A DNA stretch of 64,000 nt, taken from assembly GCA_002269645.1 (NCBI GenBank), contig NIVC01001431.1, positions 1 through 64,000 on the forward strand. Reading direction: 5' to 3'. Below the pieces are notes generated by a model. It did not search any database. It was not told the DNA's origin and was given only the letters and a program-made list of their open reading frames with translations. This document shows positions 11,372 through 23,412 of the stretch, piece after piece (positions within the stretch are counted from its first letter, which is position 1; every line of letters starts with the position of its first letter). The position numbers were made by a program, and so were the translations under genes. Source of the stretch: Macrostomum lignano. Taxonomy: Eukaryota.

Positions 11372-11741
11372 TTAGCCATGGTGAGTGGAGATGTGCTTTT
11401 TGGTGTGGTATAATTCACTCGTCCGTATGAAAATAAATTTACTTGTCTGTTCTTTATTCTTGAATCGTAGATTCGCGGACGTGGGCGTCGGACTCGAAAC
11501 GAGGTATGGATATTGTATTTTAATTGAGTGTGATCCTAGTTCAATATTGTAGCCCAGTTGTATTTTCTGCTGTTGCATATTCCAGGCTGCGTGTGTTTCG
11601 TCCAGCCCAACACAGCTTACAATGGTCAGTATTCGCTTGGCATTGATTAAACATTGAAGATATAAAGGCTGGAATCTTATTTGACATTTCAGGCGAATTG
11701 CGCGATCGGAGAAGGGCGAGCTCCCGGACCACCGCAGCCAT
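11372..11741 (-). CDS. Hypothetical viral protein, probably frameshifted; degenerate paralog at ~11900-12060
   Basis: Overlapping ORFs 11541..11741 and 11372..11578, with a similar sequence about 313 bp upstream. Confidence 0.35.
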
Positions 11742-13516
11742 GTGTTCCGGTTAGTGATACATCGAACCCCATGCTCTTTATTTTGGCGGGATGTACATAA
11801 GTAGCTCGGTTTGGGAGGTGCTCTTCACGTGCCGGTTTAAGATGGAGTTACGAGGTTTTATGGTAGTAGAATTCGTGTTATTTAGTGTGAGACGGGACCG
11901 TTAATGCATGAACCAGTTCTACTTTATGCTGCCACGCATTCAAGACTGCATGGCATTGATTAAAACTTGAGGGTTAAAACAGTTGAAATCTTATTTTTTA
12001 AATTGCAGACAAATTTCGTGTTCGGACGGGGGCGGACTCCTGGACCGCCGCAACCTTCCACGGTTGGTGTTACGTAGAAGAATATGCTCTTCTTTGTAGG
12101 GTGTTCACAGTCATATCGGGTGGGGGGGGGCAGGTTGGTAGTGGTTTAGGGTGAAATATGCAAGTCTATGGTGGTAGAGTTTGTGTTACAACAAAGAGTT
12201 ATTTATACAATCAAATTTTAGATTCCGAAGCCGCCATCCGGAAGTGGATTCCCTGGTGGTGGTAGGGTTAGTAAATTTTATATTGATTGCAGCGTAGTAA
12301 ATTGACCTGGTAAATGTATGTCATCTTCCTTGGTTTCAGGATGCGGACCTGTCGTAGGCATTCGGAACTCGGCGTGTGGGTTGGTTGACTCCGTCGCCGC
12401 CGTCGGCTTGTTTATGTGGACTGTAGGGGACTTGTATTTGTAAATGTTTCGTATGCGACTTTTATTTAGTGAAGGCTTGGACATATGTGTCTATTTATTC
12501 TTTTGGATTCGCTCTGTGTGCAGAATCGTACATGTAAATACAGTGTGGCGTAGATCCAAGGCCTTCGTTCTATGTAAGGGCTTGCCAGCGGGGTGTCTGT
12601 CTTGTTGTGTCATCGGTGGAAATATAGCGTTGTTAAAGGATTGGTTTGGATCTTGTTTGTCTTAGGGTTAAAGAGAGGGGTGATAAACTCGGGGTTTGAG
12701 TTTTCGGTGGTGTTGTTAGTTCTAGGGCTTCTGGGGTGGGGGGTCTGTATTATGGGGTCTGGTTTATCTCAAGTGGGGGTGAAGCATGGGGGGTGGGAGT
12801 CGAATCACCCGGGGGAATCTTAACGCGGCTATATTTTTTAAATCGCATGTAATTTGCTTTAGTTCTTTAAATTCAACTTTTATTCAATTTTATTTTATTT
12901 TACTTGTTAAAAACTTTTAATACAAAAATATACCGGTTTGTCAATGAATGTATTAAAACTTGTAGTGCTAAAATACACGGATTCGATGTTGGTTGAAGTA
13001 GCTACTGAAGCCGGCGTTCAATCGAGAGGGCGGATAAGGTAAACAAAAGTGCAAGATATGCATATGTAGATGCCGCGGAGACGGATGAAAAGTAACAGAA
13101 AATATGCGAAAAAGTATAAGTACGAATATGAGTGGTTGGTATCGAGGTTTTGAGTTCTATGGGTAAAATATTGAAGCCTAGTGACAGTCCCCCTGGTTCT
13201 AATCTGTACTACATAAAAATGGAAAATATCCTGATCCTAAAATTGTAGACGTTTCGAGAAGTTTAACAATACAGCATAATAATGTTTGTTAGCAGGTAGG
13301 CGAGTACACTTAATGGCGGATTCAGTCAATCAACACGGCCGTGGACGATAGTGGAAAGGTCGGCATGGACGGCGAGCGTGGTGTTGAAGTCCATGTTGGG
13401 GCAGCACGGCGGTTTGGGTTCGGTCCGGGTGAAGGTGTTTCGGTGCTGACTCTGCAAATAAGAGCGGAATGCTTCGGTAGTTGGGGGCCATGTTTCGGAT
13501 AATGATTAGAATTTAC

Positions 13517-13903
13517 TTACGTCTGAGTGGCTTGAGAATACTCTTGGCTGCGGAAGTCATTCGGACGGCGGGACTCGGGAGAGCGGATGCGTTTGTAGCA
13601 GTGGTGAAGCAACGCGAGCACCAGGAACAGAAAAATAATTAGAAAAACGACCTTCAGGGCCACCAGTTGCGCACTTGCTAGGTTGATTAGTTTGTTGACG
13701 CTTTCTCCGATTGCGGTAAACATTTGGGTATTATTGTATGCCTGGACGGCTATACGATTTCGGAGCTCTTCTTGGGAGTAATGGGAATTCTCGGATAATT
13801 GTCTGACAACTGCCGAAAGTTGTCTGGTAGTTTCCGCGTTGTTTTGGGTGGCTTGGGCCTGTTTAATAAACACAGCCAGTATTTTTTGTAGTCGGTTCGC
13901 CAT
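13517..13903 (-). CDS. 128-aa viral membrane protein (helical N-region, C-proximal TM helix, basic tail)
   Basis: Intact ATG ORF with hydrophobic LVALKVVFLIIFLFLVLALL followed by HHCYKRIR. Confidence 0.65.
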   Translation of the reverse strand: MANRLQKILAVFIKQAQATQNNAETTRQLSAVVRQLSENSHYSQEELRNRIAVQAYNNTQMFTAIGESVNKLINLASAQLVALKVVFLIIFLFLVLALLHHCYKRIRSPESRRPNDFRSQEYSQATQT

Positions 13904-14500
13904 TAAGATGGTTATACGAGACTCGGTGAACTAATAAACTTGCCAGACTTGCCAGACTATTCACTCGAGAATCCGACTTGACGCCGTTTTTAGCGCTTGC
14001 GTCTAGAAGTTTGTATCTGTTCAAACCCTCAAGTCGTGGGGAGGGGTGGGGGTGGGGGTAAAAGTTGTGCGCGGGTGGTTGATGAGAATCGGATTTTAAT
14101 CGATTAATGTGGCGGGGGGTGTACATTTCGCTGTGTGCGCCCTAGCGTTTGGGGTAAGGTCTTTTCTCGGAAATGTAGCACTTATGGTCCGGCGGGAACG
14201 GAGTATGGATCGTAGAGTTGGTATAGAATGCAAGTGGTTTATTTACGGAGCAAGTGGTTATTATAATCTTCGCAATATCTATTACTGGAAGTGACGCAGG
14301 CCGCGCTCGTGAGTAGTGTTGCCTAAGGCCGAGTAAAGCGTATACCTTATCGTGCGTTTAACACGGTTTCGGAATTTGAAGTGCTTGGTGAATAGTCTGT
14401 TGGTTTCCACCTACTCGGGTGCGACTGCGAGTATAAGATAAGTAGGGGTACGATTTGTAGGCGGCTCGCTTGAGCGGGTTAGGACGGGTGGGGACTGTAT

Positions 14501-14550
14501 TCATTTTTACATGTAAAAATGAGGGGTGCGTGTAATATACTAATACTACT
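14501..14550. other. Viral terminus: 22-bp perfect palindrome followed by terminal ACTACT
   Basis: TCATTTTTACATGTAAAAATGA at 14501-14522, and TAATACTAATACTACT ending at 14550. Confidence 0.65.
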
Positions 14551-16396
14551 GATACGGATAGTAGAAAATCTCTTTCCAAATATTTTCGCTTAATTGTCAC
14601 AGACAGCCTGAAAGGCTAGAAGGGGCCGTCGTCAGTCGAAAAATGGAAGTTGCTCTTCCGAGTCTATTGCACTGGAAATGTTTATAAAAATTTAATATTT
14701 AATCTCTTTAAGTCCCTCTGCAGAGAATGGGACTTTAAGATGAGGATCTTATGTATCCGAATACTTGTACAAGCCTCCCCGGGTAGAAGCAGGATCGCAA
14801 TTACGAGCTATCTGGTTTTTAATGTGCCAGCGGCCGTAACTATACAGAAGACTACGCTCGTATCATTGTTTCAGTGTCCAAGCCAGTGTGAACAGCCGGA
14901 ATGACTTAAAGGACCCATGATTGGAAAAAAGATTGGAAACTCCAGTGACAGATTTACTTTTAGGTTGTCAAGGTGCAAAAAGTGGCCATGCCAAGTGTCG
15001 AAGCTCTATTCGGGCTCAAGCGGCTCAAAGTATCTGATAGCTGTCCCTGCTCAAAATGGCGCGCCGTTTCCTCCGTTGCTTGAGAAGAAAAAAGAGCCCA
15101 ATTCTGCTCTCACCACCGGTCAAACACTCAGATTATGTTGACATCGCCTTTACTAACTGAAATTGAGTTATGAGCAACAGGCTCATAGGATTGGGACTTA
15201 TAGGTTAGGGAATCCCAACATTGTATTTGTATCAGAGGAAGGAGCCGCGATCGATTTGGACATCGAAGTGTCGGCGAGATGGCTCAAGAGAACGGCGTCC
15301 GAGCAAGATCGTCAGATCAATGACCAAGCTGCAAGATCAGGCCAAAGTGGTCAGTTTAGCGCTAGTGTTTTGCCACGCCTGAAGGTAGACACTGAGAAAA
15401 AAATGAGTTTACTGGAAATAAAATAAGAAGAGCTCAAAAAGCTGGTGTGACTTTAATATCCCAAGAGCCTATAAGAAGGGAGAATTAACTAAACTTAGAA
15501 CTTACATTCAGAACTACTAAAACGCTAGACATCTACGAGTATATTACAACACAGACTTTAGTCTTTAAGGAGCCCAGTTTTTTAAAGCGCATTTAAGCAA
15601 CGCAACTAACGAGCATTCGATAAAGTTACTTGTCAAAAAGTTTAGTGGGTTAAGAAAAGAATTCAAAGCAGATTCAAGAGGAAGAAACTAAACAATAACT
15701 ACATGTGATAGATACTGTATTAAGAAGAACCAAAACTGAGATTTAAAACATTTAAATTTTTAAACATTTTGCCTGTATATTTAGAAGAAAAAACTCTCAT
15801 TTCAGCATAAAGGTGAAAGCTAAAAATCAGCCACTGGCTGAAAAAAGTTCAGTCGACCACAGGAAATGCACCGAAATGACTTCATACATAGTTAACCTAC
15901 TAACCTACAGAGCTAGCCACGGGTTAACCCGCCTAAAGACTGCAGTTTAAGATGAAGTACTCAGCAATTCCACTGTCTAAGAGGCAAGGGGCAGAAGGGC
16001 GCACATTGATTATCTATTGTGCTTCTGCCATTGTACAAAGCCTGGCTGTGCTTCTGTGATAGCCTACAAAACTGCACTTTATCAGACAAGAATTTGCTCA
16101 CAGCTAAATGCACAGCACGGTATTATTTGCGCTACTGGAGAGAAGTGGGCTTGTATGTCAAAGTGCAAAACTTCTGGGGAACTTCGGGCAGGCAAGAGCC
16201 TAGTCCGACTGAAAAAAATTACGTGAATACTTTCAGCTTTTGTAACTTTTACGAGGGCTGTCCCAAAAGTAGTGTTACGTAGTTGCTGATATAAAGCGTT
16301 CAATTAATGTATGATTCCACAGAACAAGATCCACTACTGACGTGGTCAGGACGCCGCGAAGCCCCTATATATAGCAACCCCCAAGCTAAAAACAGG

Positions 16397-16715
16397 TGTT
16401 GTTATTTTGGAGTCGATTTGTTTAACTTTAGGATGAGCAACGGAAAAACAAACGATAGGCACGAAAGGCCTTGCACGGTCAATATATTTTGTATTAAAAA
16501 TGGTGAGTGAAAATTTGGGGGGTTTGAATTGCAGATAATAAAGAGAGGGGGTGGAGTGCGCGACTGAGGAAAGAGGCGAGAACGGAGAGCCAATCAGAAC
16601 GCAGCAAGGGAGAGAGAGATAAGAATAACAAGATTGAGCTAGACAGAGAGAGAGAAAACGGAGTAAACAGAGACAATTGAAGGTGAACTAAGAAATGACT
16701 AGGAAAGTCGCGACA
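16397..16715 (-). repeat. 3' LTR (319 bp)
   Basis: Starts TGTCGCGAC and ends AATAACAACA on the minus strand; about 168 bp match 20078-20245. Confidence 0.85.
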
Positions 16716-17019
16716 CTCCCCCCAAAAAATGGAACATTTTTTGAATTTTCGAGTACCAATAGAATTATGAATTAGGGTTCAAGAAACAACTTTAAAGCAA
16801 ATTTAACAATGGTGTACAAATACGACTAAGAATTTCAATACAAAACCTGTGGAGACTAGAGTGAATGCAAATTTGACCAAGAAATTTCACGTGTGCGATT
16901 TTAATGAATAAATTGTTACGAGTATAACCAATGAAAAAACTGAAATAAGGCGCTTTTACCCTCCCCCTAAAAAATTAATTTAATTTTTTACATTGTGAAA
17001 GAAAAAATTGAATGACGAA

Positions 17020-17470
17020 TTAACGAGGCGATCCGGCAGGCGATGAGCGAAGAGACGATCCGGCAGGCGAGCCCTGAGGCGCCCCGGCCGAGAATTTGAA
17101 CCGAGAGAGACCGAGGACACCGCAGGTCGCAGGACGCACCTCCGGCAGACGATGAGTGAAGAGAGTCGAGACGATCCGGCAGGCGAGCGAAGAGACGATC
17201 CGGCAGGCGAGCCCCGCGGCGCCCCGGCAGAGAATTGGAAACCGAGAGAGACCGAGGACACCGCAGGACGCACCCCCGGCAGACGATGAGCGAAGAGACG
17301 ATCCGGCAGGCGAGCCCTGAGGTGCCCCGGCCGAGAATTTGAGACCGAGAGAGACCGAGGACACCGCAGGACGCACCCCCGGCAGACGAAGCGATGAGGC
17401 CGACAGACGAAGCGATGAGGCCGACAGACGAAGCGATGAGGCCGACAAACGAAGCGATGAGGCCGACAGA
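17020..17470. repeat. Tandem and patchwork repeats in the BEL 3' region
   Basis: Recurring GAAGAGACGATCCGGCAGGCGAGC modules and about four copies of GACGAAGCGATGAGGCCGACA (21 bp). Confidence 0.8.
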
Positions 17471-17594
17471 CGGGATGACGAGATGACTGGTGGAGGGCTA
17501 CGACTATGACGATGGCATGGCCTTTGCCAGCCTTACTGAATTGACTTAATTATTTTACATTGGGCGCCATGTAGAAAAAATACTAAACTAAAGA

Positions 17595-19778
17595 CTATTT
17601 AATTGGAGTTAAATTGAAAGAGCAGGAAGAGCAGCATAGAGCTAAAGCGCAGGTGTCCTCATTGGGAACACTAGACTCGATCGAGTTGCCTATACTAGCA
17701 CTACATGTATTGTTGATGCCAGTAGCGAGGGGGCCGCATAATAGAAACCCCAGCTTTGATGAGATGGCCACTGGGCCAGAGTCTCCACGCACTACCGTGT
17801 CACCCACGATTTGGTAATAGAAGTCTGAGCCTATTAGAATAGATATAGGCGTGTGCTGATCCCGAGGATCGTATGGATCCGCTAAATCTAGAGAGTGCAG
17901 GTGTTCGAACCCTGTCACTTTGACTGAATGTTGTGGTTGACATATTGTCTCGACGATATTTGTACGAATCTGGATCACTTCGAAAGAATCCATTTTGCGT
18001 AATGCGATGTTAGCACTACCAGACTGCAGAGCCGTGCTGTTTCCAGCAAACGACGAGACGTTAAGCCGTTCCAGTGAATTCGCCTGAATGCCCAGCAGGT
18101 CACAAATGTCCTGACGAATGTAGCTGCGATTACTGGCCGTGTCAAACAGAACACGCACCATCATTTCCCGGCGACCATCTGTGCTGAGCAAAATGGCTTT
18201 GGCAACGGGCAGAGCCACTGCCGGATTGTCAGAAATGAACATTGTGAAGGCAAAAGACTCTGTCACAGATGCTAAGCACTGATTCGGCGGCGAAGCTGGT
18301 TTCTTGGCGGACGTGGATGGCTTATCTGACTCCCTGCCTGCCTGTGAATTTTTAATGCAGATGCTGACATGGTGTCTACCTGAGCAGCCCCGACATGGTC
18401 TCGGATCTTTGCATTGAGGTGCCAAATGTCCCAGGCGCAAGCACCTAAAGCAGCGCTTCTCAGACGCAAGAAAGGCCCGTCTCTGATCAGCGGAAACGAG
18501 GTTGGTACAGGACTCAGACGAGTGTGAGCCTTTGCAGTAGGTGCAGAAGATCTTCGAAGAGGCCTGTTTGGACGCCTTCGGCTGAAGTGTCACCAGAGTC
18601 GAGACAGACGAATGCCGTGGAGAAGCTTTGCTACTGCTAGAGCCAGCAGGTGATGAGGACTTCGTCGACTCTTTCGAACTCAGGAACTGCCCTTGCCCAG
18701 CACTTTCGCGAACCGTAATTTCCTGCTTTAGCGATCGCAAGAGGCTCTCCAGTGAATTAATGTCCGATCCCTGCATTTGCGCGGCTCTCAGGAGCTCTAA
18801 CCGGAAGGCTGATGGGCACTTGCTCATCAGCGATGGAACCAAAAGTGACTCGTAAGAATTGGCAGAGACACCCTGAGCGTTCAGGCTACGCATGGCAGCA
18901 GAAATGTCATCGTGAAATTGCTGCAGAGAGCGCAGGGATGCATCAGACAGGCGAAGCTCCGAGATTTTATGCATTAACTCCTTGACAACCACCTCGGGTT
19001 TGCCAAAGCGCTCTTTTAGAATATCCACCGCAGTGGAATAGTTGTCAGCAGTGATAGCCAGGCCTCTAATGCATGACTTTGCCGCCTCAGATAGAGAGGC
19101 CACGAGATAATTAAACTTGTCAATTTCAGAAAGTGAGGTGTTTGAATTGATCGAGGAATCGAATTGATCCCAAAATGATTGCCATGTTGAAACCTGCCCA
19201 TCGAACGTGGGAACCTGCAGCTTAGGGAGCTTGACTTGAGGTTGCTGCGACTGAGTGGGAGGCGAACTCGCCTGAGATTTAAAATTACGAGAAAGAGCAG
19301 CTTCTAACCTTTTGATGCAAGTGAGACACTGCAGCCCATAGCGCTCACAATCATCGCGCTCCGACTCTAACTGCTCATCTGCAAGAGACTCGTCTATCGC
19401 ATCGTCCAGTTGCCTCAATATACTGAGCTTCGAATTGAACACCTCGAGATACGCAGCCGCCTCAGCGACTTCGACTTCTCTCTGCAAACCCCTGTCCAAC
19501 AGCACTTGCACTTTGCCGACCGCTTTAGTAACGCTAGACCGAATGCCTGCCCGTTTCCGGACAGCAGCTGCCAATTCATCTTCTGAGAGAACCATGATTG
19601 AGATGCGAACGACAACGAGAACACAGAGAAAACCGGCAGCGAGAATCCCGACTAAAGAACGTCTAAGCGACCAAACGGAGACAAAGGTGGAAAAGAGAGG
19701 ACAAGAGGGCAGGAGACAAACTACGAGTAGTATGCGAATAGAAAAAAGAACATCGAAAAAACAAGCACATAGAGTCAA
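17595..19778 (-). CDS. gag: BEL/Pao Gag-protease ORF
   Basis: VKLPKLQVPTFDG...W.SFWDQF (DUF1759-like), Cys/His knuckles CTYC..H, CFRC...GH...C and CRGC...HH..IC, and aspartic protease VLFDTASNRSYI. The ORF stops before RT. Confidence 0.92.
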   Translation of the reverse strand: MTLCACFFDVLFSIRILLVVCLLPSCPLFSTFVSVWSLRRSLVGILAAGFLCVLVVVRISIMVLSEDELAAAVRKRAGIRSSVTKAVGKVQVLLDRGLQREVEVAEAAAYLEVFNSKLSILRQLDDAIDESLADEQLESERDDCERYGLQCLTCIKRLEAALSRNFKSQASSPPTQSQQPQVKLPKLQVPTFDGQVSTWQSFWDQFDSSINSNTSLSEIDKFNYLVASLSEAAKSCIRGLAITADNYSTAVDILKERFGKPEVVVKELMHKISELRLSDASLRSLQQFHDDISAAMRSLNAQGVSANSYESLLVPSLMSKCPSAFRLELLRAAQMQGSDINSLESLLRSLKQEITVRESAGQGQFLSSKESTKSSSPAGSSSSKASPRHSSVSTLVTLQPKASKQASSKIFCTYCKGSHSSESCTNLVSADQRRAFLASEKRCFRCLRLGHLAPQCKDPRPCRGCSGRHHVSICIKNSQAGRESDKPSTSAKKPASPPNQCLASVTESFAFTMFISDNPAVALPVAKAILLSTDGRREMMVRVLFDTASNRSYIRQDICDLLGIQANSLERLNVSSFAGNSTALQSGSANIALRKMDSFEVIQIRTNIVETICQPQHSVKVTGFEHLHSLDLADPYDPRDQHTPISILIGSDFYYQIVGDTVVRGDSGPVAISSKLGFLLCGPLATGINNTCSASIGNSIESSVPNEDTCALALCCSSCSFNLTPIK

Positions 19779-20077
19779 TCTACCGCAAGCCGTGCAGAGT
19801 CAGAAGCCAGCAGCACCGGCTCGAATCTAGATGAGAGCCCCTGGTTCCAGAACGTCACGAAGTTGGCCCGTGCTATGATGTGAAATCAGGTGTGGTCGAG
19901 CGGAGACCGTGACCGCCACGGCAGAAGCCGGTTGAACCAGGAGCGAGCCACTGTCGAGTGCAGACGGCTAGAACAGCGAACTGCAGAGAATGTTGAGCTG
20001 GGCCGGAGTTGAGGTCGAGTTTGGCTAGTCGAACTGAGCTTCTAATGCTAGATTTTGAGCCAGGTTGAATTCTTCAA

Positions 20078-20245
20078 GGGGTGGAGTGCGCGACTGAGGA
20101 AAGAGGCGAGAACGGAGAGCCAATCAGAACGCAGCAAGGGAGAGAGAGATAAGAATAACAAGATTGAGCTAGACAGAGAGAGAGAAAACGGAGTAAACAG
20201 AGACAATTGAAGGTGAACTAAGAAATGACTAGGAAAGTCGCGACA
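20078..20245 (-). repeat. Truncated 5' LTR
   Basis: Direct repeat of ~16548-16715 only; the sequence then diverges and no clear PBS follows. Confidence 0.8.
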
Positions 20246-20339
20246 ACAGGACAGGCCTTGGGACTGTGCCCACGCCTCGACAGCAACAGAAGAGCTCGCG
20301 AGAGTGGCATTTGCGATCTGCACCCCGGCAGGAGCCCTT

Positions 20340-20830
20340 AGTCTTACTCGTAGCCTTGTACTAAGCGAGTAGCCTAGGAGGCTTTGTTGAAGTGCAGGCA
20401 GAATATAACGTGGTGTTCCTTCCTCTAAGCCACAAATAGGGCAAATGTGGGAGCAACCAATTTGTAAGTGAAATATGTCTCCGGAAGAAGCTGTGGCCAG
20501 TAATGTCTATGCACATCTTCCTGATGTCAATTTTACTTAAAGAGACTACATGTAGGTATTCGCATACTTTCCGGTTTATAGCAGGCATCGCAGCTCGCGT
20601 TTGCCGATACAAGATTCAGAGCAGCTGTTTCAGTGCAGCTGGTGTTGGTGACTCAGGCATTTGTGAATAACACACGGTTGACGGATGACTTCGGGGCAGC
20701 CAGCTTAACCCGAGGGTGCTGCCTCGTTTGGCGAGTTGATCCACCAGCTCGTAGCCAAGGATGCCGCTGTGACCTGGTGTCCAGATCACGGTAACCCTAT
20801 TTAGGATGGTCCTGCCAGCTTGTGAAACAA
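20340..20830 (-). pseudogene. 3' fragment of an RNase H-containing non-LTR retrotransposon (I/R1/Loa-like)
   Basis: VTVIWTPGHSGILGYELVDQLAKRG (RNase H), then ITGH..F.RH and CPICG.EE.T zinc knuckle, with frameshifts. Confidence 0.8.
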
Positions 20831-21568
20831 TTTGAAACTGATTTAGTTGATAGCTATCAACTATAGAACAAGGTCACTCACGATTGACTTTAGGTGAATT
20901 TCCTCATCCAGCTAGAGTGAGGTCAAAGACCTAATTGATAAAATCAGCAAGTTAAAAGTTTTTTCCACCCTCGGCAAAGCAAACGTCCCAAGAATCTATT
21001 TCTCAGAAGCGCCGAGCAAAGGAGCCGCCAAGGACCCTAAGCATGTCTGAGAATTCTTCCGGCCAGCGAGTCAATTGGTTTATCCTAAAATATATGTAAC
21101 AATTGGCCTTCAATCACATTTGCACGATTAAGTAGTTCATAGTGACTGCTCAGGTGAGCAGGTCTGTTGCTGGTGTAACTGGCTTTTTAAAAAAAGAAAA
21201 ATATCGAAAAATTATGTACTATTATGCTTTTTTGTCTCATAACATATTATATTATACAATATTATAAACAAAATTAGCAATACAATCAGCAAAGGTACAT
21301 AAGTACAAACTAAGATGAAATCTACTCACTCGGTGCAATTGCAGAATTTCATGCAAAAAATCGCATCAAGGTTTTACTTCACATTATTAAACTCAAATAT
21401 TTGTGACTCAAATCCCATATCTAGTAGAGCAGCAATGAGAAGGCGATGAAGAGGATAGCGAAGGAGGCAGAAAAAACGCGGATGTGTAGCGGAGAAGATT
21501 GCAGGAGACAAGAAAAGAGGGCCCACTGTGATGTTCTTTGTGTCCAAGTGTGACATTCAATAGTTACA

Positions 21569-21900
21569 TACTCGAGAGTGACATATTCGAGGGTGACATA
21601 TTCAGGAGTGACATATTCGAGAGTGACATATTCGAGAGTGACATATTCGAGAGTGACATATTCGAGAGTGACATATTCAAGAGTGACATATTCGAGGGTG
21701 ACATATTCGAGAGTGACATATTCGAGAGTGACATATTCGAGAGTGACATATTCGAGAGTGACATATTCGAGAGTGACATATTCGAGAGTGACATATTCGA
21801 GAGTGACATATTCAAGAGTGAAATATTCGAGAGTGACATATTCGAGAGTGACATATTCGAGAGTGACATATTCGAGAGTGACATATTCGAGAGTGACATA
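21569..21900. repeat. 15-bp minisatellite (TTCGAGAGTGACATA)n
   Basis: About 22 tandem copies. Confidence 0.97.
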
Positions 21901-22348
21901 CATACCTGTCATATAATAACATAATAGTGTTATATAGCAAGTGCAACCTTGCAGCTAATTATTAATACACTGTATTGCAACTTTTACTTTTCCTGCTCCA
22001 GGATAATTAATGCTTAATATAAAAATGAAACATCCGTTTAAAAATAAAAAACAAAAAAGTTAATGTCTCAAACACATCTGAATTTTTCACCTGCTGGAAA
22101 TCTTTTTTAGTAATATTTGCTTTTTTGTGTTACTTGAATTTAATTGCATGCGTATTAATATAATATATCATTCGAGGTAAAGTGGTGCTTAATAAATAAA
22201 AAACTCGAAGATTTACTACTTAATAAGATAGTAACATAACTGAATGTGTCCATGATATAATACGCTGGTGGCCAATTTAAACTAAGCGGTTTTTACACAC
22301 AAGGGACACGTAAGTAAGCTTGAGCTGCAGGGGTGCCAGAGTGGAGTA

Positions 22349-22868
22349 GGGGTGCTAGAGAGGGACAGGGGGCGGGGGTGCTAGAGAGGGACAGGGGGCG
22401 GGGGTGCTAGAGAGGGACAGGGGCGGGGGGTGCTAGAGAGGGACAGGGGGCGGGGGGTGCTAGAGAGGGACAGGGGGCGGGGGGTGCTAGAGAGGGACAG
22501 GGGGCGGGGTGCTAGAGAGGGACAGGGGGCGGGGGGTGCTAGAGAGGGACAGGGGGCGGGGGTGCTAGAGAGGGACAGGGGCGGGGTGCTAGAGAGGGAC
22601 AGGGGGCGGGGGTGCTAGAGAGGGACAGGGGGCGGGGGTGCTAGAGAGGGACAGGGGGCGGGGGTGCTAGAGAGGGACAGGGGGCGGGGGTGCTAGAGAG
22701 GGACAGGGGGCGGGGTGCTAGAGAGGGACAGGGGGCGGGGTGCTAGAGAGGGACAGGGGGCGGGGGGTGCTAGAGAGGGACAGGGGGCGGGGGGTGCTAG
22801 AGAGGGACAGGGGGCGGGGGTGCTAGAGAGGGACAGGGGGCGGGGGTGCTAGAGAGGGACAGGGGGGC
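22349..22868. repeat. G-rich ~26-bp minisatellite (GGGGTGCTAGAGAGGGACAGGGGGC)n
   Basis: Tandem copies that vary in G-run length. Confidence 0.95.
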
Positions 22869-23412
22869 AGAGACGACACGTGCTAGGTAGGATAGGATGG
22901 GATGCCATCGTATGGTACAAGCGTGACAAAAGGACGTCTACTGGACTCCAAAATGAACGTGTTTCTACATGTACGAGTACATAAGCATGCAGCCAGTAAG
23001 TAATAAAAAATATAGCAACAACAGGCTGGAGTCCTATAGCCAGGTGTTTTAATCTCTCTGAGCCGATTTGGGCACTGGCAGTTGCACGCTTAGACGGAAA
23101 TCGCATCCGGGCGCTACCGGTTCCGTTTTGGTGTCGACCAGGTTCCGGTGTGGGTGCAGGCGGAGGTTCACATCTGATGGTGGGGCTGCTGCTGTAGCGA
23201 GAGCTGATGAAGCTGCTGAGAAAGGGACAGAAAATTGAACTATTTGTAGAAACAGTATCTCTAATCAGCAGCATTTTATTTCCCTCCCATTGGTTATAAA
23301 CATTTTCTATATTTTTCCCATTTCCAGTTCTCTACTTTAACCGCCTTCTCTTTAAGCCATTCCAGGGCAATTTCGCATTTCAAGGAATAACAATTTTGCT
23401 TTTGAAGTACAT

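Larger units (their letters stand above)
1..14550 (-). mobile_element. Endogenous Polinton/Maverick (adintovirus-like) virus, right-hand part; left part lies outside the window
   Basis: Co-oriented pPolB, A32-like packaging ATPase, penton N-terminus and PLA2X. The right end ...TAATACTAATACTACT(14550) reads AGTAGT on the minus strand. The G+T-rich plus-strand composition stops at about the same point. Integrase, major capsid and protease are not seen in the window. Confidence 0.9.
16397..20245 (-). mobile_element. BEL/Pao LTR retrotransposon, internally deleted (no RT, RNase H or integrase)
   Basis: 5-bp TSD ACAGG (16392-16396 and 20246-20250), TG...CA ends, and a polypurine tract GGGGGGAG just before the 3' LTR. 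Confidence 0.9.

Noticed and set aside
16017-16282. Cys/His-rich short ORFs as a zinc-finger gene
   Set aside because: Short and overlapping, with no recognisable family spacing.
21421-21924. (VTLEY)n / (ESDIF)n ORFs, or a CRISPR-like array
   Set aside because: Head-to-tail 15-bp units without unique spacers; eukaryotic context and no cas genes.
22849-23274. Further 3' exon of the PHLPP-like gene
   Set aside because: A plausible acceptor and Gln-rich frame exist, but no matching donor or homology supports the link.
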